A stretch of DNA of 32,000 bases from Opitutales bacterium (lineage in GTDB: Bacteria > Verrucomicrobiota > Verrucomicrobiia > Opitutales > PNEW01): the NCBI GenBank assembly GCA_965219535.1, contig CBDCNV010000002.1, forward strand, positions 330,001-362,000, in the 5' to 3' direction. The notes beneath the pieces were generated by a model. The model was given only the letters and a program-made list of their open reading frames with translations, made no database searches and was not told where the DNA came from. Shown piece after piece: positions 17,507-29,828 of this stretch. Position 1 is the first letter of the stretch. Each line of letters opens with the position of its first letter. A program made the position numbers and the translations under genes.

Positions 17507-18574
17507 ATGGCAAGGGGATCAGCAGTTAAAACAAAAGTTAGTGAGGGCGATAACAATAGTAGTAATTTGAGTCTGGCGCTCTCAGCGATAAATAAACAAT
17601 TCGGGGATGGCGCCATTATGCGGTTGGGGGATGCCAGCCGAATGAATATCTCAGTGCTTTCCACCGGCTCAATAGCCATCGATCTGGCGCTTGGGGTAGG
17701 TGGGCTCCCGCGGGGAAGAATCTGCGAGATCTACGGGCCCGAAGCATCGGGGAAAACGACCCTCTGTCTAGCCATCATCGCCGAAGCCCAGAAAAACGGG
17801 GGCAACGCGGTATTTATCGATGTAGAGCACGCTCTCGACCCCCGCTTTGCGCGTGTCGTCGGTGTGGATCTCGACAATTTAATGATTTCGCAACCCGAGT
17901 GTGGAGAAGACGCGCTCAATATTACAGAGACCCTCATCCGTTCGGGAGCGATAGATGTAATCGTCGTCGATTCCGTCGCCGCGCTCGTTTCAAAAAATGA
18001 ACTTGATGGTCAAATGGGTGACGCAACTGTAGGGCTGCAGGCCAGATTGATGAGTCAGGCCATGCGGCGTCTTATCGCCGCGATCAGTAGGACGAATTGC
18101 GTCTGTGTCTTTACCAATCAGATACGGGAGAAGATTGGAATTATGTTTGGTAACCCTGAAACTCAACCCGGTGGGCGCGCCTTGAAATTTACTGCTTCTG
18201 TGCGTATGGATATTCGGCGTATCGGCGCGATTAAAGATACCACCGCTAAAGTCATCGGGAATCGAACACGCGTTAAGGTGGTAAAAAATAAAGTCGCTCC
18301 GCCGTTTACGGAGTGCGAATTTGATATCATGTACAATGAAGGAATTTCTCAAACCGGTTCTATTCTCGACCTCGGTATTGAACATAATATTCTTGATAAA
18401 AAAGGTTCATGGATCTCGTACAATGGTGAGATGATCGGCCAGGGACGAGAGGCAGCTAAGCAGTATCTATCTGAAAACAAAGAGGTTATGGATGGTATGT
18501 TGAAGGCGATTTTAGAACGAGTGAAGGTTGCCGGGGGTAGCATATTAGCAGAAGCAAACACTGAGGATAATTAG
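17507..18574 (+). CDS. recA: Recombinase RecA
   Basis: [28 protein letters not shown] (Walker A), [19 protein letters not shown] and [25 protein letters not shown]. Confidence 0.97.
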   Translation: MARGSAVKTKVSEGDNNSSNLSLALSAINKQFGDGAIMRLGDASRMNISVLSTGSIAIDLALGVGGLPRGRICEIYGPEASGKTTLCLAIIAEAQKNGGNAVFIDVEHALDPRFARVVGVDLDNLMISQPECGEDALNITETLIRSGAIDVIVVDSVAALVSKNELDGQMGDATVGLQARLMSQAMRRLIAAISRTNCVCVFTNQIREKIGIMFGNPETQPGGRALKFTASVRMDIRRIGAIKDTTAKVIGNRTRVKVVKNKVAPPFTECEFDIMYNEGISQTGSILDLGIEHNILDKKGSWISYNGEMIGQGREAAKQYLSENKEVMDGMLKAILERVKVAGGSILAEANTEDN

Positions 18575-18613
18575 TCCTCTCTCTCGTTTATCTTTTTCAA
18601 CAGGTCGTCAACG

Positions 18614-19969
18614 ATGCCTTTAAAAGAGACCATCGTGGCTCTGGCCACCCCGCATGGAGAATCGGCCCTCGCCATCATTCGCCTCTCTGGACCCCAATCC
18701 CAGGAGCTGACGGAAAAAATTTTTAAGCGTGAGGAAACGCTTCCTCGACGGGCTTATCTCGGATCCTATCGCGCCCTTAATGGAGACGAACTCGACACCG
18801 TCGTCTACACCTCTTACGCAAAGGACGCCTCTTATACGGGGGAGGAACTTCTGGAGATTTCCTGTCACGGCAATCCATTTATCGTTCAAAAGATAGTTGA
18901 AGATTTAATTCAACGGGGATGTCGCGTCGCCGAACCTGGAGAGTTTACGCGCCTCGCTTTTCTCAATGGACGCATGGATTTAAGTCAGGCTGAGGCGGTG
19001 ATGGATCTTATTCGCGCGCGCAGTGATAAGGCACTTGAAGCGGCGAATAAACAGTTGAGTGGATCCGTACGAAACAAGGTAAATGCTTTAACCGAGGGCT
19101 TGTTGCAGGTCATATCTCACTTTGAGGCTTACATCGATTTTCCCGAAGAGGACCTGCCACCCGAGGACCTCGAAGGGCCGGTGCGCGAGCTGTCAGCATT
19201 GAAAGAGGATATGGAGCGACTCATCACCACCAGCCACTATAGCACCGTCTTGCGCGAGGGAATCAAAACCGTTATCGTCGGACTCCCCAATGTGGGTAAG
19301 AGTAGTCTCCTCAATGCCTTAACCGGTGAGGAGAGAGCGATTGTCAGTGAACTACCGGGGACCACCCGTGATTACATCGAAGAGCGGATAATGCTCGATT
19401 CCTATTTCCTGCGCGTCATTGACACGGCCGGCCTCCGTGAGTCGGATTCTTCGCTGGAGAACTTAAGCATGGAGAAAACACGAGAGCAACTAGCGAGCGC
19501 CGATCTAAAATTGCTCGTTATCGACAGTACCGCACCCTCCCCTCTTTTCCCCGAGGACATCCTCCGCCATCTCGACAACGGGCGGACGGTAGTACTGGAG
19601 AATAAAGTGGACCTACCTGATAGTCAAGTACATGAAGAATATTTATCCACGTCTGCACACTGCCGTATCTCCGCCCTCACCGGAGAGGGTATTACCGAGG
19701 TGGAAAAGGCGATAGTGAAAATTCTCACTTGCGCTATCGAGGTACCAACGCCCGATGCCATTATCGTAAGCGCCAGACATGCCAATGCCTTGAGCGAGGC
19801 CAAGAACCACCTTTATACGGCGATCGAAAAAATTCGCCTTGCAGACCCTACAGAATTGATAGTCAGTGACTTAAGGGAATCAGTTGACGCCCTTTCGGCC
19901 ATCACAGGTAAAATTGACAACGAGGTCATTCTGGACAAGTTGTTTAATTCCTTTTGCATCGGAAAATGA
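18614..19969 (+). CDS. mnmE: tRNA uridine-5-carboxymethylaminomethyl modification GTPase MnmE (TrmE)
   Basis: [41 protein letters not shown] and the C-terminal FCIGK. Confidence 0.95.
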   Translation: MPLKETIVALATPHGESALAIIRLSGPQSQELTEKIFKREETLPRRAYLGSYRALNGDELDTVVYTSYAKDASYTGEELLEISCHGNPFIVQKIVEDLIQRGCRVAEPGEFTRLAFLNGRMDLSQAEAVMDLIRARSDKALEAANKQLSGSVRNKVNALTEGLLQVISHFEAYIDFPEEDLPPEDLEGPVRELSALKEDMERLITTSHYSTVLREGIKTVIVGLPNVGKSSLLNALTGEERAIVSELPGTTRDYIEERIMLDSYFLRVIDTAGLRESDSSLENLSMEKTREQLASADLKLLVIDSTAPSPLFPEDILRHLDNGRTVVLENKVDLPDSQVHEEYLSTSAHCRISALTGEGITEVEKAIVKILTCAIEVPTPDAIIVSARHANALSEAKNHLYTAIEKIRLADPTELIVSDLRESVDALSAITGKIDNEVILDKLFNSFCIGK

Positions 19970-21831
19970 GAATTGGAGCACAGCATCCCTATGATGTCAT
20001 TGTTTGCGGCGCCGGACATGCGGGCAGCGAAGCCGCATTGGCGGCGGCACGTATCGGCGCGGATACCCTTATCCTAACCGGGAACAGTGATACGGTTGCC
20101 CAGATGAGTTGCAATCCAGCGATCGGAGGACAGGCAAAGGGCCATATGGTGAGAGAGATTGATGCCCTGGGTGGTGAAATGGCGATCAACACCGACACCA
20201 CGGCCATTCAGTTTCGTCTTCTCAATCGATCACGCGGGCCCGCGGTTCAGGCTCCCCGCGCCCAGTGTGACAAAAAGGCCTATCAATTTCGAATGAAACA
20301 CAGCCTCGAATTGCAGGACAATTTGACCCTATTCCAGGCATTGGTCACGGGACTTATCTTTAAAAACGGGAAAGTGCAGCGAGTGAGGACCAATTTAGGT
20401 GTTGAGTTTTATGGGAAATCCGTAGTCGTAACGACCGGCACCTTCCTCCGTGCATTAATGCATGTCGGCGACAATAAACAGGAGGGGGGAAGAATGGGGG
20501 ACTTCAGTGCGAAAGGTTTGTCCGGTAGTTTTCTCGAAGCAGGGATCAAACTTGAACGACTCAAAACCGGCACTCCCCCACGCATTCTCGGTAAAAGTAT
20601 TAACTTTTCAACGCTCGAGGAGCAAAAAGGGGATGAAGACGCGACTTTTTTTACTTTCTATGACCAGCGTAAAGATGAGGAATTGTTCCACGTGGAACAA
20701 TCGGGACAGAGTTTGGAGGGATGGGAGCCGGGGAGTGATCAGGTTTCCTGCTGGATCACCTATACGAGTGAAGAGACCGAGAAGGTCGTCCGCAATAATC
20801 TCACACGGTCCGCCATGTATAGCGGCGAGGTGACCGGGGTAGGGCCCCGCTACTGTCCCAGCATAGAAGATAAAATAGTACGCTTTGCGGACAAACCCCG
20901 ACATCGCCTATTCCTGGAACCCGAAGGCCGCCACACCGATGAATGGTACATTAACGGGCTCTCGACCAGTCTTCCCCTCGCGGTGCAGATCCCCGTCGTT
21001 CAATCCATTCCCGGTCTGGAGGGTGCGCAAATTTTACGACCCGCTTATGCGGTAGAATATGATTTTGCCCCACCGACTCAGCTCCAACCCACCCTCGAAT
21101 CCAAGCTTGTGGAAAATTTATTTTTCGCCGGCCAGATCAACGGGACATCAGGCTATGAAGAAGCTGCCGCCCAGGGACTGGTCGCCGGGGTCAATGCCGT
21201 TCAGAAAATAAGCGACGGGCCACCCTTAATTATCGGACGGCACGAAGGTTATATCGGCGTCCTGATTGATGACCTGGTGACGAAAGGAACGCGCGAGCCC
21301 TACAGAATGTTTACCAGCCGCGCGGAATATCGTCTTCTTTTTAATCATGGGAGCGCGGATATCCGTCTCTCTCATTACGCCGCGACCTATAATCTAATCA
21401 ATAAAGCCAGAAAAGCGTACGTTAAATTTAAAAAAGAGACGGTTTATAGCTGGGTTGATCGACTGGAAAATGAAAGGGGTAAAGGGGGCAAGCTCGGCGA
21501 TTGGATACGCAGGGGTGGGGCCCTGGACGCCCTACCCGCTGATTTTAATAGATTGGATTGTGCGCTCAGAGAGGAAATTATCTATCGCGTAAATTATCGG
21601 GGTTACCTTCAAAGGGACCTTAAGCTGATTGATAAAATGATGGATTTGGAGCGCATTAAGATACCAGAAGGCATTGAATACCAGAATGTTAAAGGTCTAA
21701 GGGGGGAGGGGATGCAGAAACTCGAACAAGTGCGACCGCAGAGTTTAGCGCAAGCCAGTCGTATTAGCGGGGTCAATCCAGCGGACATCAGCATTCTCAT
21801 GGTCGCGATCGGGGCTTACCGGGCGGAATGA
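19966..21831 (+). CDS. mnmG: tRNA uridine 5-carboxymethylaminomethyl modification enzyme MnmG (GidA)
   Basis: [41 protein letters not shown] and [17 protein letters not shown]. The ATG at 19966 (ATGA overlap with the mnmE stop) is preferred over the track's TTG at 19954. Confidence 0.95.
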   Translation: MRIGAQHPYDVIVCGAGHAGSEAALAAARIGADTLILTGNSDTVAQMSCNPAIGGQAKGHMVREIDALGGEMAINTDTTAIQFRLLNRSRGPAVQAPRAQCDKKAYQFRMKHSLELQDNLTLFQALVTGLIFKNGKVQRVRTNLGVEFYGKSVVVTTGTFLRALMHVGDNKQEGGRMGDFSAKGLSGSFLEAGIKLERLKTGTPPRILGKSINFSTLEEQKGDEDATFFTFYDQRKDEELFHVEQSGQSLEGWEPGSDQVSCWITYTSEETEKVVRNNLTRSAMYSGEVTGVGPRYCPSIEDKIVRFADKPRHRLFLEPEGRHTDEWYINGLSTSLPLAVQIPVVQSIPGLEGAQILRPAYAVEYDFAPPTQLQPTLESKLVENLFFAGQINGTSGYEEAAAQGLVAGVNAVQKISDGPPLIIGRHEGYIGVLIDDLVTKGTREPYRMFTSRAEYRLLFNHGSADIRLSHYAATYNLINKARKAYVKFKKETVYSWVDRLENERGKGGKLGDWIRRGGALDALPADFNRLDCALREEIIYRVNYRGYLQRDLKLIDKMMDLERIKIPEGIEYQNVKGLRGEGMQKLEQVRPQSLAQASRISGVNPADISILMVAIGAYRAE

Positions 21832-21956
21832 ATGCCAAATGTAGTCCCTATACCGCAGGTAGGAAAATTTTTCCGCATGGAAAGGGTCAAAATAAATTCA
21901 TAACATTCAGATCAACAATAACTTGTATCTAGTTAGGCGATAGTTAGGAGTGTGAA

Positions 21957-22547
21957 ATGAAGGAGGAGCATCGCGCCGTAATCGAAAGGGAAAAGCACCG
22001 TCGTGACCTTTTGGCCACTACCTGCCGGGATCTTTTTCTGCGACATGATCCTCGGGTGCTTGAAATCGGATGCGGCCACGGCCATTTTCTAGCGGCTTAT
22101 GCAGCGGCCCATCCCAAGCAGTGCTGTGTAGGTATAGACTTGAAGAACAAGCGTTTACAGAAATCGGATAAAAAGCGTGAGAAACGCGACCTCAACAATT
22201 TACACTTTCTCAAAGCAGAGGGGCGTGAATTTATTGAAGCCTTGGACCCCACTGTCCGGCTCAATCGGATTTTTATTCTCTTTCCTGATCCCTGGCCTAA
22301 AAAGCGCCACCACAAACGGCGTCTTATTCAGGATGATTTTCTCTCCGCGCTCGGCGCTCATACCTCACCGGGAGGAAAGATTTACTTTCGCACCGATTAT
22401 CAACCTTATTATGAATGGACGTCAGAGAAAATCGAGCGTTGTCCGGATTGGATACGAGACGAAAAAGAGAGCTGGCCTTTTGAGGAAGAATCCTATTTTG
22501 AGCAGATTCTCGGTGAACACCGATCATTTATAGCGAGGCGGATCTAG
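21957..22547 (+). CDS. trmB: tRNA (guanine46-N7)-methyltransferase TrmB
   Basis: LEIGCGHGHFL, GIDLK and FPDPWPKKRHHKRRL. An AGGAG sequence lies upstream of the ATG. Confidence 0.9.
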   Translation: MKEEHRAVIEREKHRRDLLATTCRDLFLRHDPRVLEIGCGHGHFLAAYAAAHPKQCCVGIDLKNKRLQKSDKKREKRDLNNLHFLKAEGREFIEALDPTVRLNRIFILFPDPWPKKRHHKRRLIQDDFLSALGAHTSPGGKIYFRTDYQPYYEWTSEKIERCPDWIRDEKESWPFEEESYFEQILGEHRSFIARRI

Positions 22548-22565
22548 AATCGGTAAATACCGATT
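22548..22565 (+). terminator. Short perfect hairpin just after trmB (AATCGGTA-AA-TACCGATT)
   Basis: 8-bp perfect stem beginning 1 nt after the stop. No U-tract follows, so this is a weak terminator call. Confidence 0.3.
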
Positions 22566-22759
22566 TGCTAATACGAATTTTGGATAGTCACTTCCGAGCC
22601 GATGGCGACACCTTTCAATAGCACAAAAAATTTTATTTAGGAAGATTGGATAAATGAATGATAACCGTAGGTAAATTCCACCCATCCACTCTTCCATTCA
22701 TCCAATAAATGTTGTGCTCACACCTGCATCGACGACAGATGTCGTTCGAAAAGGTAATC

Positions 22760-22969
22760 CTAGCTGATAAATAAAACGAGTATCAGCTGACCGAAGATTG
22801 CTACCCCCAGGGCGATATAAATAAAGATGGCGTAATTATCTCTGGCTAAAGGTCGAAACTGTAAATCTTTACCCGAGGGAAGGTCTTGATCCGACGGCTT
22901 GCGCTGGGGTGAGTGGCGCTCCTTGTTCAGCGTATGTAGACGACCTGTTATGTCTTCTAATTTTACCAT
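22760..22969 (-). CDS. Hypothetical small protein with a C-terminal TM helix
   Basis: 69-aa ORF in an otherwise empty 550-bp spacer, with a hydrophobic tail IFIYIALGVAIFGQLILVLFI. There is no recognisable RBS or homology, so it could be non-coding. Confidence 0.3.
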   Translation of the reverse strand: MVKLEDITGRLHTLNKERHSPQRKPSDQDLPSGKDLQFRPLARDNYAIFIYIALGVAIFGQLILVLFIS

Positions 22970-23100
22970 CGCAATATTGTTTACAGGGAGTGAAATTTAT
23001 CAATAAATGCTATAAGTTTATCTAATTATAAATTGTTCTTGTATAAATTTTTAAAATATGACTTAAATTCGGAGATTGACGCTTCATAGCTAATATACAA

Positions 23101-23997
23101 TTGAATTTGAGTTTTCAAATAAAACTTTCTCCTTTGAAGTCACGACTACAAAAAATTGCACCACTACTGATACTCAGTGGCATTGCGGTCCCATTGGAAG
23201 GCGCTGAGGGGGGGCAGAGCGTATCCCCTTATGCCTATCAGTTGACGGAGGTCCTTGGGTTGCCGATCACCAATGCGATGGTAACGAGTTGGGTCTTTTC
23301 TTTAATCATCATTTTGATCTTTCGCCATTATGCGAGTAAGCCGAAGCTGGTTCCTCCACTCGGACAGGCGGTGATAGAAAACATGGTCACCGGGATTAGA
23401 GATATCGTCGCGCCCATCATTGGGCCGCATATGGTCAAGCCCGCGTTTCCGCTGCTCATGGGTTTATTCACCTTCATCCTTATACAGAACTGGACGGGAC
23501 TGCTCCCTGGCGTTGGGACGTTCGGATTTTATGATGAGCATGGGCATCTCGACTACTGGTTTCGGCCCGGTAATGCCGATCTCAATATGACCATTGCCCT
23601 GGCCTTGGTTGCATTCTTTTCATGGTTATACCTTATCCTTAAATACGCCGGTCCAAAAATTATCGCCTTTGATCTATTTGGGAACAAGGCGGATAAAAGC
23701 GAAGTTCCGGCCATAATCTATTACGCGTTATTTGTCATTTTTTTCGGGGTCGGCCTGATCGAAATTATCTCCATTCTCTTTAGGCCTGTCTCACTGTCTT
23801 TCCGGCTCTTCGGGAATATGTTTGGCGGTGAGAATTTACTGACGAGTATGACTGGCTTGGTCGGATACATCGTTCCCGTACCCTTCTACTTTCTTGAAAT
23901 TCTTATCGGATTGGTGCAAGCCCTTGTTTTCACGCTTCTCGTCGCGGTATACATTGGCCTCATATGCAATCATGAAGGAGAAGAACATGCGCATTAA
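23101..23997 (+). CDS. atpB: F0F1 ATP synthase subunit a
   Basis: LSFRLFGNMFGGE (essential Arg motif) and LVQALVFTLLVAVY. TTG start as in the track. A long signal-like N-terminal extension makes the start uncertain. Confidence 0.9.
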   Translation: MNLSFQIKLSPLKSRLQKIAPLLILSGIAVPLEGAEGGQSVSPYAYQLTEVLGLPITNAMVTSWVFSLIIILIFRHYASKPKLVPPLGQAVIENMVTGIRDIVAPIIGPHMVKPAFPLLMGLFTFILIQNWTGLLPGVGTFGFYDEHGHLDYWFRPGNADLNMTIALALVAFFSWLYLILKYAGPKIIAFDLFGNKADKSEVPAIIYYALFVIFFGVGLIEIISILFRPVSLSFRLFGNMFGGENLLTSMTGLVGYIVPVPFYFLEILIGLVQALVFTLLVAVYIGLICNHEGEEHAH

Positions 23998-24100
23998 TGA
24001 AGGAAGAAGAAAAATTTCTCAATCGGGACCATGCCAGTGGCTGTGCTGCACCGTGTGTGGACGATTGAATCACTGATTAAAATAATAACAAAGGAAAAAA

Positions 24101-24307
24101 ATGATGATTGATCTAATAGCAGCAATGGAAGGAAGTATTCAAGGCGGTCTCGGCTGTCTTGCCGCCGGAATAGGTGTGGGTTTAGTCGGAGCGAAAGCGG
24201 CGGAAGCTGTCGGACGCAATCCCGGTGCATCGGGGAAAATTCTCGTGCAATCGATTATTGGAATGGCTTTAGCTGAAGCTGTTGCTTTCTATTCGTTGTT
24301 TCTTTAA
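24101..24307 (+). CDS. atpE: F0F1 ATP synthase subunit c
   Basis: 68-aa two-helix hairpin: GIGVGLVGAKAAEAVGRNP loop and MALAEAVAFYSL with the proton-carrying Glu. Confidence 0.9.
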   Translation: MMIDLIAAMEGSIQGGLGCLAAGIGVGLVGAKAAEAVGRNPGASGKILVQSIIGMALAEAVAFYSLFL

Positions 24308-24320
24308 TTCTGAAAATCAT

Positions 24321-24346
24321 ACGTGGCCGCGTTCGCGCGGCCACGT
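24321..24346 (+). terminator. GC-rich stem-loop with UUCG tetraloop between atpE and atpF (intra-operon attenuator or mRNA stabiliser)
   Basis: ACGTGGCCGCG-TTCG-CGCGGCCACGT forms an 11-bp perfect stem, followed by TTTCATCTT. It starts 14 nt after the atpE stop. Confidence 0.5.
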
Positions 24347-24367
24347 TTCATCTTAACGCATAATCCC

Positions 24368-24943
24368 ATGATTGAATGGATACCAGTGATAGCCGCCGAG
24401 GTGGCAGCGGAGCAGGGTGAACATCTCGGGCCGATCAGCGAACTCGCCGGTCAGTTCGGTGTTAATTGGAAGTTTCTCTTCGCGCAAGTCGTGAACTTTT
24501 GCATTGTCGCTTTTCTCCTTTATAAATTTGCATTCAAACCCGTGCTATCTTCGATTGATGAACGCCAGAAGAAGATCGCCGATGGTTTGCAATATGCCGA
24601 AGAGATGAAGCATAAGCTGGCCGATGCGGAAAAACAGCATAAAGAAACCTTGAAGGAAGCTCAGCAGAATGCGCAAAAGATAATCGCCGAGGCGAGAGAT
24701 ACGAGCAAAGAGATCATTGATCGACAAACCCAGGAGGCGGTTGTTCAGGCGGAAGATGTCCTGAAAAAAGCGCAGGAATCCGTCGAATTGGAACATACAA
24801 AAATGCTGAGTGAAGTGCGAAGCGAGATTGCCAGGCTTGTGGTCCAAACGACGGCAAAAGTTCTCAGAAAAGATTTATCCGAAGAAGAAAAGTCGAACTA
24901 TAGCGACTCGGCGGCAAAAGAGCTTACCCGCAGCGAATCCTGA
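24368..24943 (+). CDS. atpF: F0F1 ATP synthase subunit b
   Basis: One N-terminal TM ([19 protein letters not shown]) followed by a long charged helix. The ATG at 24368 is preferred because the track start at 24323 lies inside the hairpin. Confidence 0.85.
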   Translation: MIEWIPVIAAEVAAEQGEHLGPISELAGQFGVNWKFLFAQVVNFCIVAFLLYKFAFKPVLSSIDERQKKIADGLQYAEEMKHKLADAEKQHKETLKEAQQNAQKIIAEARDTSKEIIDRQTQEAVVQAEDVLKKAQESVELEHTKMLSEVRSEIARLVVQTTAKVLRKDLSEEEKSNYSDSAAKELTRSES

Positions 24944-24956
24944 AAATAAATTAATC

Positions 24957-25355
24957 ATGTTGAGCACTGATAAGCAACTCGTTCAATACGCCAAAAAGCT
25001 GGTGAAAATCAGCCTTGATGAGGGACGAGTATCCGATGAAAGGGTGAATGCGATATTGCAGACCTTTGCCGCTGATCCGCCGCGCAGGTTGAAAACGATT
25101 CTCAAACTTTACCTCTATTATCTTAAACACGAATTGCGTAAAAGCCAGGCGGTAATCGAATATGCGGGTGGGATAACGCAGGAGCGGATCGAAGCGATCG
25201 AGAAAAAACTCAGCGCGAATTATGGCCGTCCGATTACTGCAACCTTATCAGAAAATCCAGAATTAGTTGCAGGTCTCCGTATCAATGTCGCCGATGATGT
25301 TTACGATGCTACGGTTACCGGTAACCTCAACAACCTTTCACAGTTAGTAAATTGA
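24957..25355 (+). CDS. atpH: F0F1 ATP synthase subunit delta (OSCP), unusually short at 132 aa
   Basis: The C-terminal block PELVAGLRINVADDVYDATVTGNLNNL matches the delta/OSCP signature. The ATG at 24957 is preferred because the track start at 24810 would overlap atpF by 134 nt. Confidence 0.8.
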   Translation: MLSTDKQLVQYAKKLVKISLDEGRVSDERVNAILQTFAADPPRRLKTILKLYLYYLKHELRKSQAVIEYAGGITQERIEAIEKKLSANYGRPITATLSENPELVAGLRINVADDVYDATVTGNLNNLSQLVN

Positions 25356-25389
25356 TGCGTTAAAGAAAGCTTTAATCAAAAAATAAGAT

Positions 25390-26922
25390 ATGAGCACAAT
25401 CATTGAACAGATCGAAGAGGAAATCGCGAAGTTAGAAACAAAGACGGTAAAAGAAAATACCGGTAACATAATCTCGGTGGCTGATGGAGTGGCTAAAATA
25501 GATGGGCTCTCCGGAGTCATGTATAACGAGATGGTAGAATTTCCCGGTAACGTCTACGGCATCGCGCTAAACCTTGAAGAGGATGAGGTAGGTACCGTTA
25601 TCCTTGGTGACCCCAGCCACTTAAAGGAGGGCGATGAAGTCAAAACTACTGGACGGCTCCTCTCTGTTCCTGTGGGCAAGGCATTACTCGGGCGCGTCGT
25701 CGATGCCACCGGTGAACCCGTAGATGGGAAGGGGCCAATTACCACTGATGATATCTATCCGGTTGAGAAAATAGCACCCGGAATCTTACCGCGGGAGTCC
25801 GTCAATCAACCGGTGCAAACCGGCATCATGCCGATTGATGTAATGACACCGGTGGGCCGGGGCCAACGTGAACTTATTATTGGCGACCGCTCAACAGGCA
25901 AAACTACGATCGCCATCGATACGATTATCAACCAGGCGAAAATCAACAAGCAGGGCGAAGCAAGTGGAGACCCAGATTTCAGACCGCTTTACTCGATATA
26001 CGTCGCCATTGGTCAAAAAAATGCAAACGTTGCGCGCACCCTGGGTGTTCTCGAAAATCATGGCGCCCTGGAATACACGATCATTGTCACCGCCCCAGCT
26101 TCCGATAATCCCGCCAATCAGTATATCGCTCCTTATTCCGGATGTGCGATGGGCGAGTGGTTTCTTGAAAACGGAATGGATGCCCTGATTGTTTACGATG
26201 ATCTTTCAAAGCACGCCGTTGCTTATCGCCATATATCATTGATTTTAAAAAGACCGTCCGGACGCGAGGCTTTTCCAGGAGATGTGTTCTATCTCCACTC
26301 ACGTCTCTTAGAGCGTTCCGCGCGTCTCAATGAAGATAACGGCGGTGGGTCGCTTACCGCTCTACCGATTATTGAAACGCAGGCGAGCGATGTTTCAGCT
26401 TACATTCCAACAAATGTCATATCGATCACCGACGGGCAGATTTATCTCGAGCCCGATCTCTTTAATCAGGGAATACGGCCGGCCATCTCGGTTGGACTTT
26501 CCGTCTCTCGTGTGGGATCTGCCGCGCAGATCAAGGCGATTAAACAGGTAGCGGGAAAAGTTAAACTCGAGTTGGCACAATTCGGTGAGCTCCAAGCTTT
26601 CGCACAGTTCGGGTCCGATCTCGATGCCAGAACCAAGGCCCAACTCGATAGAGGATCAAGGATTGTTGAACTCTTTAAACAGCCGGCCTTTTCCCCGATC
26701 CCCGTTGAAATACAACTGGGCCTACTCTGGACGATGCAGAATGGTCATTTTGATGATATCGAAGTGAGTAAAATCGTTGCCGCGAGCGAGAGTCTCCAGG
26801 AATTTTTAAGCACCCGTAAAGAGGACCTGATGAAAAAGGTCCTGGCCGAAAAAGAGCTGACCGAAGAAATAGAAGATGGCCTTAAAACCGCAATCGAAGA
26901 ATGGAAATTAACTTTCAGCTGA
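25390..26922 (+). CDS. atpA: F0F1 ATP synthase subunit alpha
   Basis: [18 protein letters not shown] (Walker A), [12 protein letters not shown] and [23 protein letters not shown]. Confidence 0.97.
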   Translation: MSTIIEQIEEEIAKLETKTVKENTGNIISVADGVAKIDGLSGVMYNEMVEFPGNVYGIALNLEEDEVGTVILGDPSHLKEGDEVKTTGRLLSVPVGKALLGRVVDATGEPVDGKGPITTDDIYPVEKIAPGILPRESVNQPVQTGIMPIDVMTPVGRGQRELIIGDRSTGKTTIAIDTIINQAKINKQGEASGDPDFRPLYSIYVAIGQKNANVARTLGVLENHGALEYTIIVTAPASDNPANQYIAPYSGCAMGEWFLENGMDALIVYDDLSKHAVAYRHISLILKRPSGREAFPGDVFYLHSRLLERSARLNEDNGGGSLTALPIIETQASDVSAYIPTNVISITDGQIYLEPDLFNQGIRPAISVGLSVSRVGSAAQIKAIKQVAGKVKLELAQFGELQAFAQFGSDLDARTKAQLDRGSRIVELFKQPAFSPIPVEIQLGLLWTMQNGHFDDIEVSKIVAASESLQEFLSTRKEDLMKKVLAEKELTEEIEDGLKTAIEEWKLTFS

Positions 26923-26926
26923 TAAA

Positions 26927-26964
26927 TTTCCTAATTCATCATTCCTAATCCTTAATTTAATTCC
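26927..26964 (+). repeat. Heptamer-repeat array D (direct orientation) filling the atpA-atpG spacer
   Basis: TTTCCT AATTCAT CATTCCT AATCCTT AATTTAATTCC. About 25 of 30 positions are identical to the reverse complement of array A. Confidence 0.7.
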
Positions 26965-27843
26965 GTGGCTAATACTCGCGATATCAGGCGCCGCATCAAG
27001 TCGGTAAAAAACACCGCTCAGATTACAAGAGCGATGCAACTCGTCGCGGCTTCTAAAATGAAACGCGCCCAGGAAAGTGCGTTGGCCGGGCGGCCTTATG
27101 CCGTATTGATGGCTGAGATATTGAGCAAGCTGGGAGGACGGGTGAGTGATATTAAGCATCCTTTCCTTGAAGAGCGTGAGGTTAAGACACGCGGGATTCT
27201 TGTCGTCAGTACGGATAAGGGACTATGCGGTGCACTCAATTCCAATGTCTTTCGTCGCATTGCGGAAATAGAAGGCGAAGCCCGGTTTGTCGCCATTGGC
27301 CGTAAAGCTTCCCAATTTCTTAGTCGTACGCGACGGGAATTGCTCGCGGAATTTACCGTTTCTGATCGTGTCCTCTTTTCTGAGGTACGACTACCGGTCG
27401 AGTTTTTGATTAATGCCTATCTTGAAGGGAGTGTGGATACGGTGGAATTACTCTATCCGCGATACGTTAATCCTCTTGTCCAGGACCCGATACTTTATCC
27501 ACTTATACCGATCGAGAACTTGAACAGTGTCATTGATAAACTGGGGCATCAATTGGGTGAAGCCCCGCTTGCCCACGATGAACGTGAAATTCATTTCGAA
27601 CCCGAAGCCGAAGCCATCCTTGGAGAACTCCTTCCATTGTTTATAAAACAGGAAGTCTACCAAACGGTGCTCGAAGCGAAAGCTTCTGAGCACAGCGCGC
27701 GTATGGTTGCCATGAAATCCGCTACCGATAATGCCAACAACCTGGTCGATGATCTTACGCTGCAATATAACAAAGCACGCCAGGCGGCCATCACTCAAGA
27801 AATCCTCGAAATCTCAGCGGCCACGAGCGCTGCATCAAATTAG
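26965..27843 (+). CDS. atpG: F0F1 ATP synthase subunit gamma
   Basis: MANTRDIRRRIKSVKNTAQITRAMQLVAASKM and the C-terminal ITQEILEI. GTG start. Confidence 0.95.
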   Translation: MANTRDIRRRIKSVKNTAQITRAMQLVAASKMKRAQESALAGRPYAVLMAEILSKLGGRVSDIKHPFLEEREVKTRGILVVSTDKGLCGALNSNVFRRIAEIEGEARFVAIGRKASQFLSRTRRELLAEFTVSDRVLFSEVRLPVEFLINAYLEGSVDTVELLYPRYVNPLVQDPILYPLIPIENLNSVIDKLGHQLGEAPLAHDEREIHFEPEAEAILGELLPLFIKQEVYQTVLEAKASEHSARMVAMKSATDNANNLVDDLTLQYNKARQAAITQEILEISAATSAASN

Positions 27844-27846
27844 CAT

Positions 27847-27880
27847 CCAATTAGGAATTAGGAATTATGAATGAAGAATT
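27847..27880 (-). repeat. Heptamer-repeat array A (inverted orientation) just after atpG
   Basis: The plus strand reads CC AATTAGG AATTAGG AATTATG AATGAAG AATT. The reverse complement is AATTCTT CATTCAT AATTCCT AATTCCT AATTGG, the same AATTCNT unit as arrays B, C and D. Confidence 0.75.
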
Positions 27881-27948
27881 TACCTTGAATTAATAGATGT
27901 CATTCTTAACAAACCAGTTAATAAAACATAATAAAAAAACCCAAAAAT

Positions 27949-27987
27949 AATTCTTAATTCATAACTCATAATTCCTAATTAATCATT
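27949..27987 (+). repeat. Heptamer-repeat array B (direct orientation) abutting the start of the four-helix-bundle gene
   Basis: AATTCTT AATTCAT AACTCAT AATTCCT AATTAAT CATT. It pairs with array A at 24 positions, with one bulged heptamer. Confidence 0.75.
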
Positions 27988-27988
27988 A

Positions 27989-28341
27989 GTGAGAGATGAT
28001 CTTGATTTAAAGGAAAGAACCTTAAATTTTGCGCGGCAGATTATAAGATTTTATTCAGCACTACCAAAGACAGCAGATGCACAAATTATTGGAAAACAAA
28101 TGCTCCGTTCTGGCACATCGATTGGTGCAAATTATCGCGAGGCTTATCGCGCGCGTTCGAAAGTCGAGTTTATCGCAAAAATGGGAGACTGCCTGAAAGA
28201 ACTAGATGAAACCTACTATTGGTTAGAACTATTAAAAACAGAAAAATACATCACACCTGAAAAGCTAGAAGCCACTCGCGACGAAACAAATCAATTAATA
28301 GCTATTTTCGTAACCATAATTAAAAAAACCAAAGCAAATCT

Positions 28342-28351
<10 letters not shown>
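27989..28351 (+). CDS. Four-helix-bundle protein of the 23S rRNA intervening-sequence protein family (PF05635/TIGR02436-like; DGR Avd is a relative)
   Basis: 120 aa. LKERTLNFARQIIRFYSALPK, MLRSGTSIGANYREAYRARSKVEFIAKMGDCLKELDETYYWLELL is the family's characteristic sequence. GTG start. The gene sits on the same strand as the atp genes, between atpG and atpD. Confidence 0.85.
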
Positions 28352-29798
<1,447 letters not shown>

Positions 29799-29828
29799 TG
29801 AGGCTTACTTTGAAGGATAAATTTAACT

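Noticed and set aside
23894-24230. Small ORFs bridging the atpB-atpE spacer (23894-24076 plus strand, 23994-24230 minus strand), considered as possible atpI/atpZ-like genes.
   Set aside because: They overlap the 3' end of atpB or run antisense to atpE. They are Cys/Arg-rich and lack the hydrophobic helices expected of AtpI/AtpZ.
24323-24367. Track start of atpF at GTG 24323. Also the track starts of atpH at 24810, acyP at 2667, the lactonase at 9644 and mnmG at 19954.
   Set aside because: - The extensions overlap upstream genes by 65 to 134 nt, or in the atpF case lie inside the intergenic hairpin.
- They encode Arg/Lys/Pro-rich sequence.
- Internal ATGs give N-termini that match the family consensus and sit immediately after, or overlap, the preceding stop.
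26573-26590. TTGGCACAATTCGGTGAGC inside atpA resembles a -24 element.
   Set aside because: It lacks a correctly spaced TGC -12 element and is buried in the coding sequence of a conserved gene.
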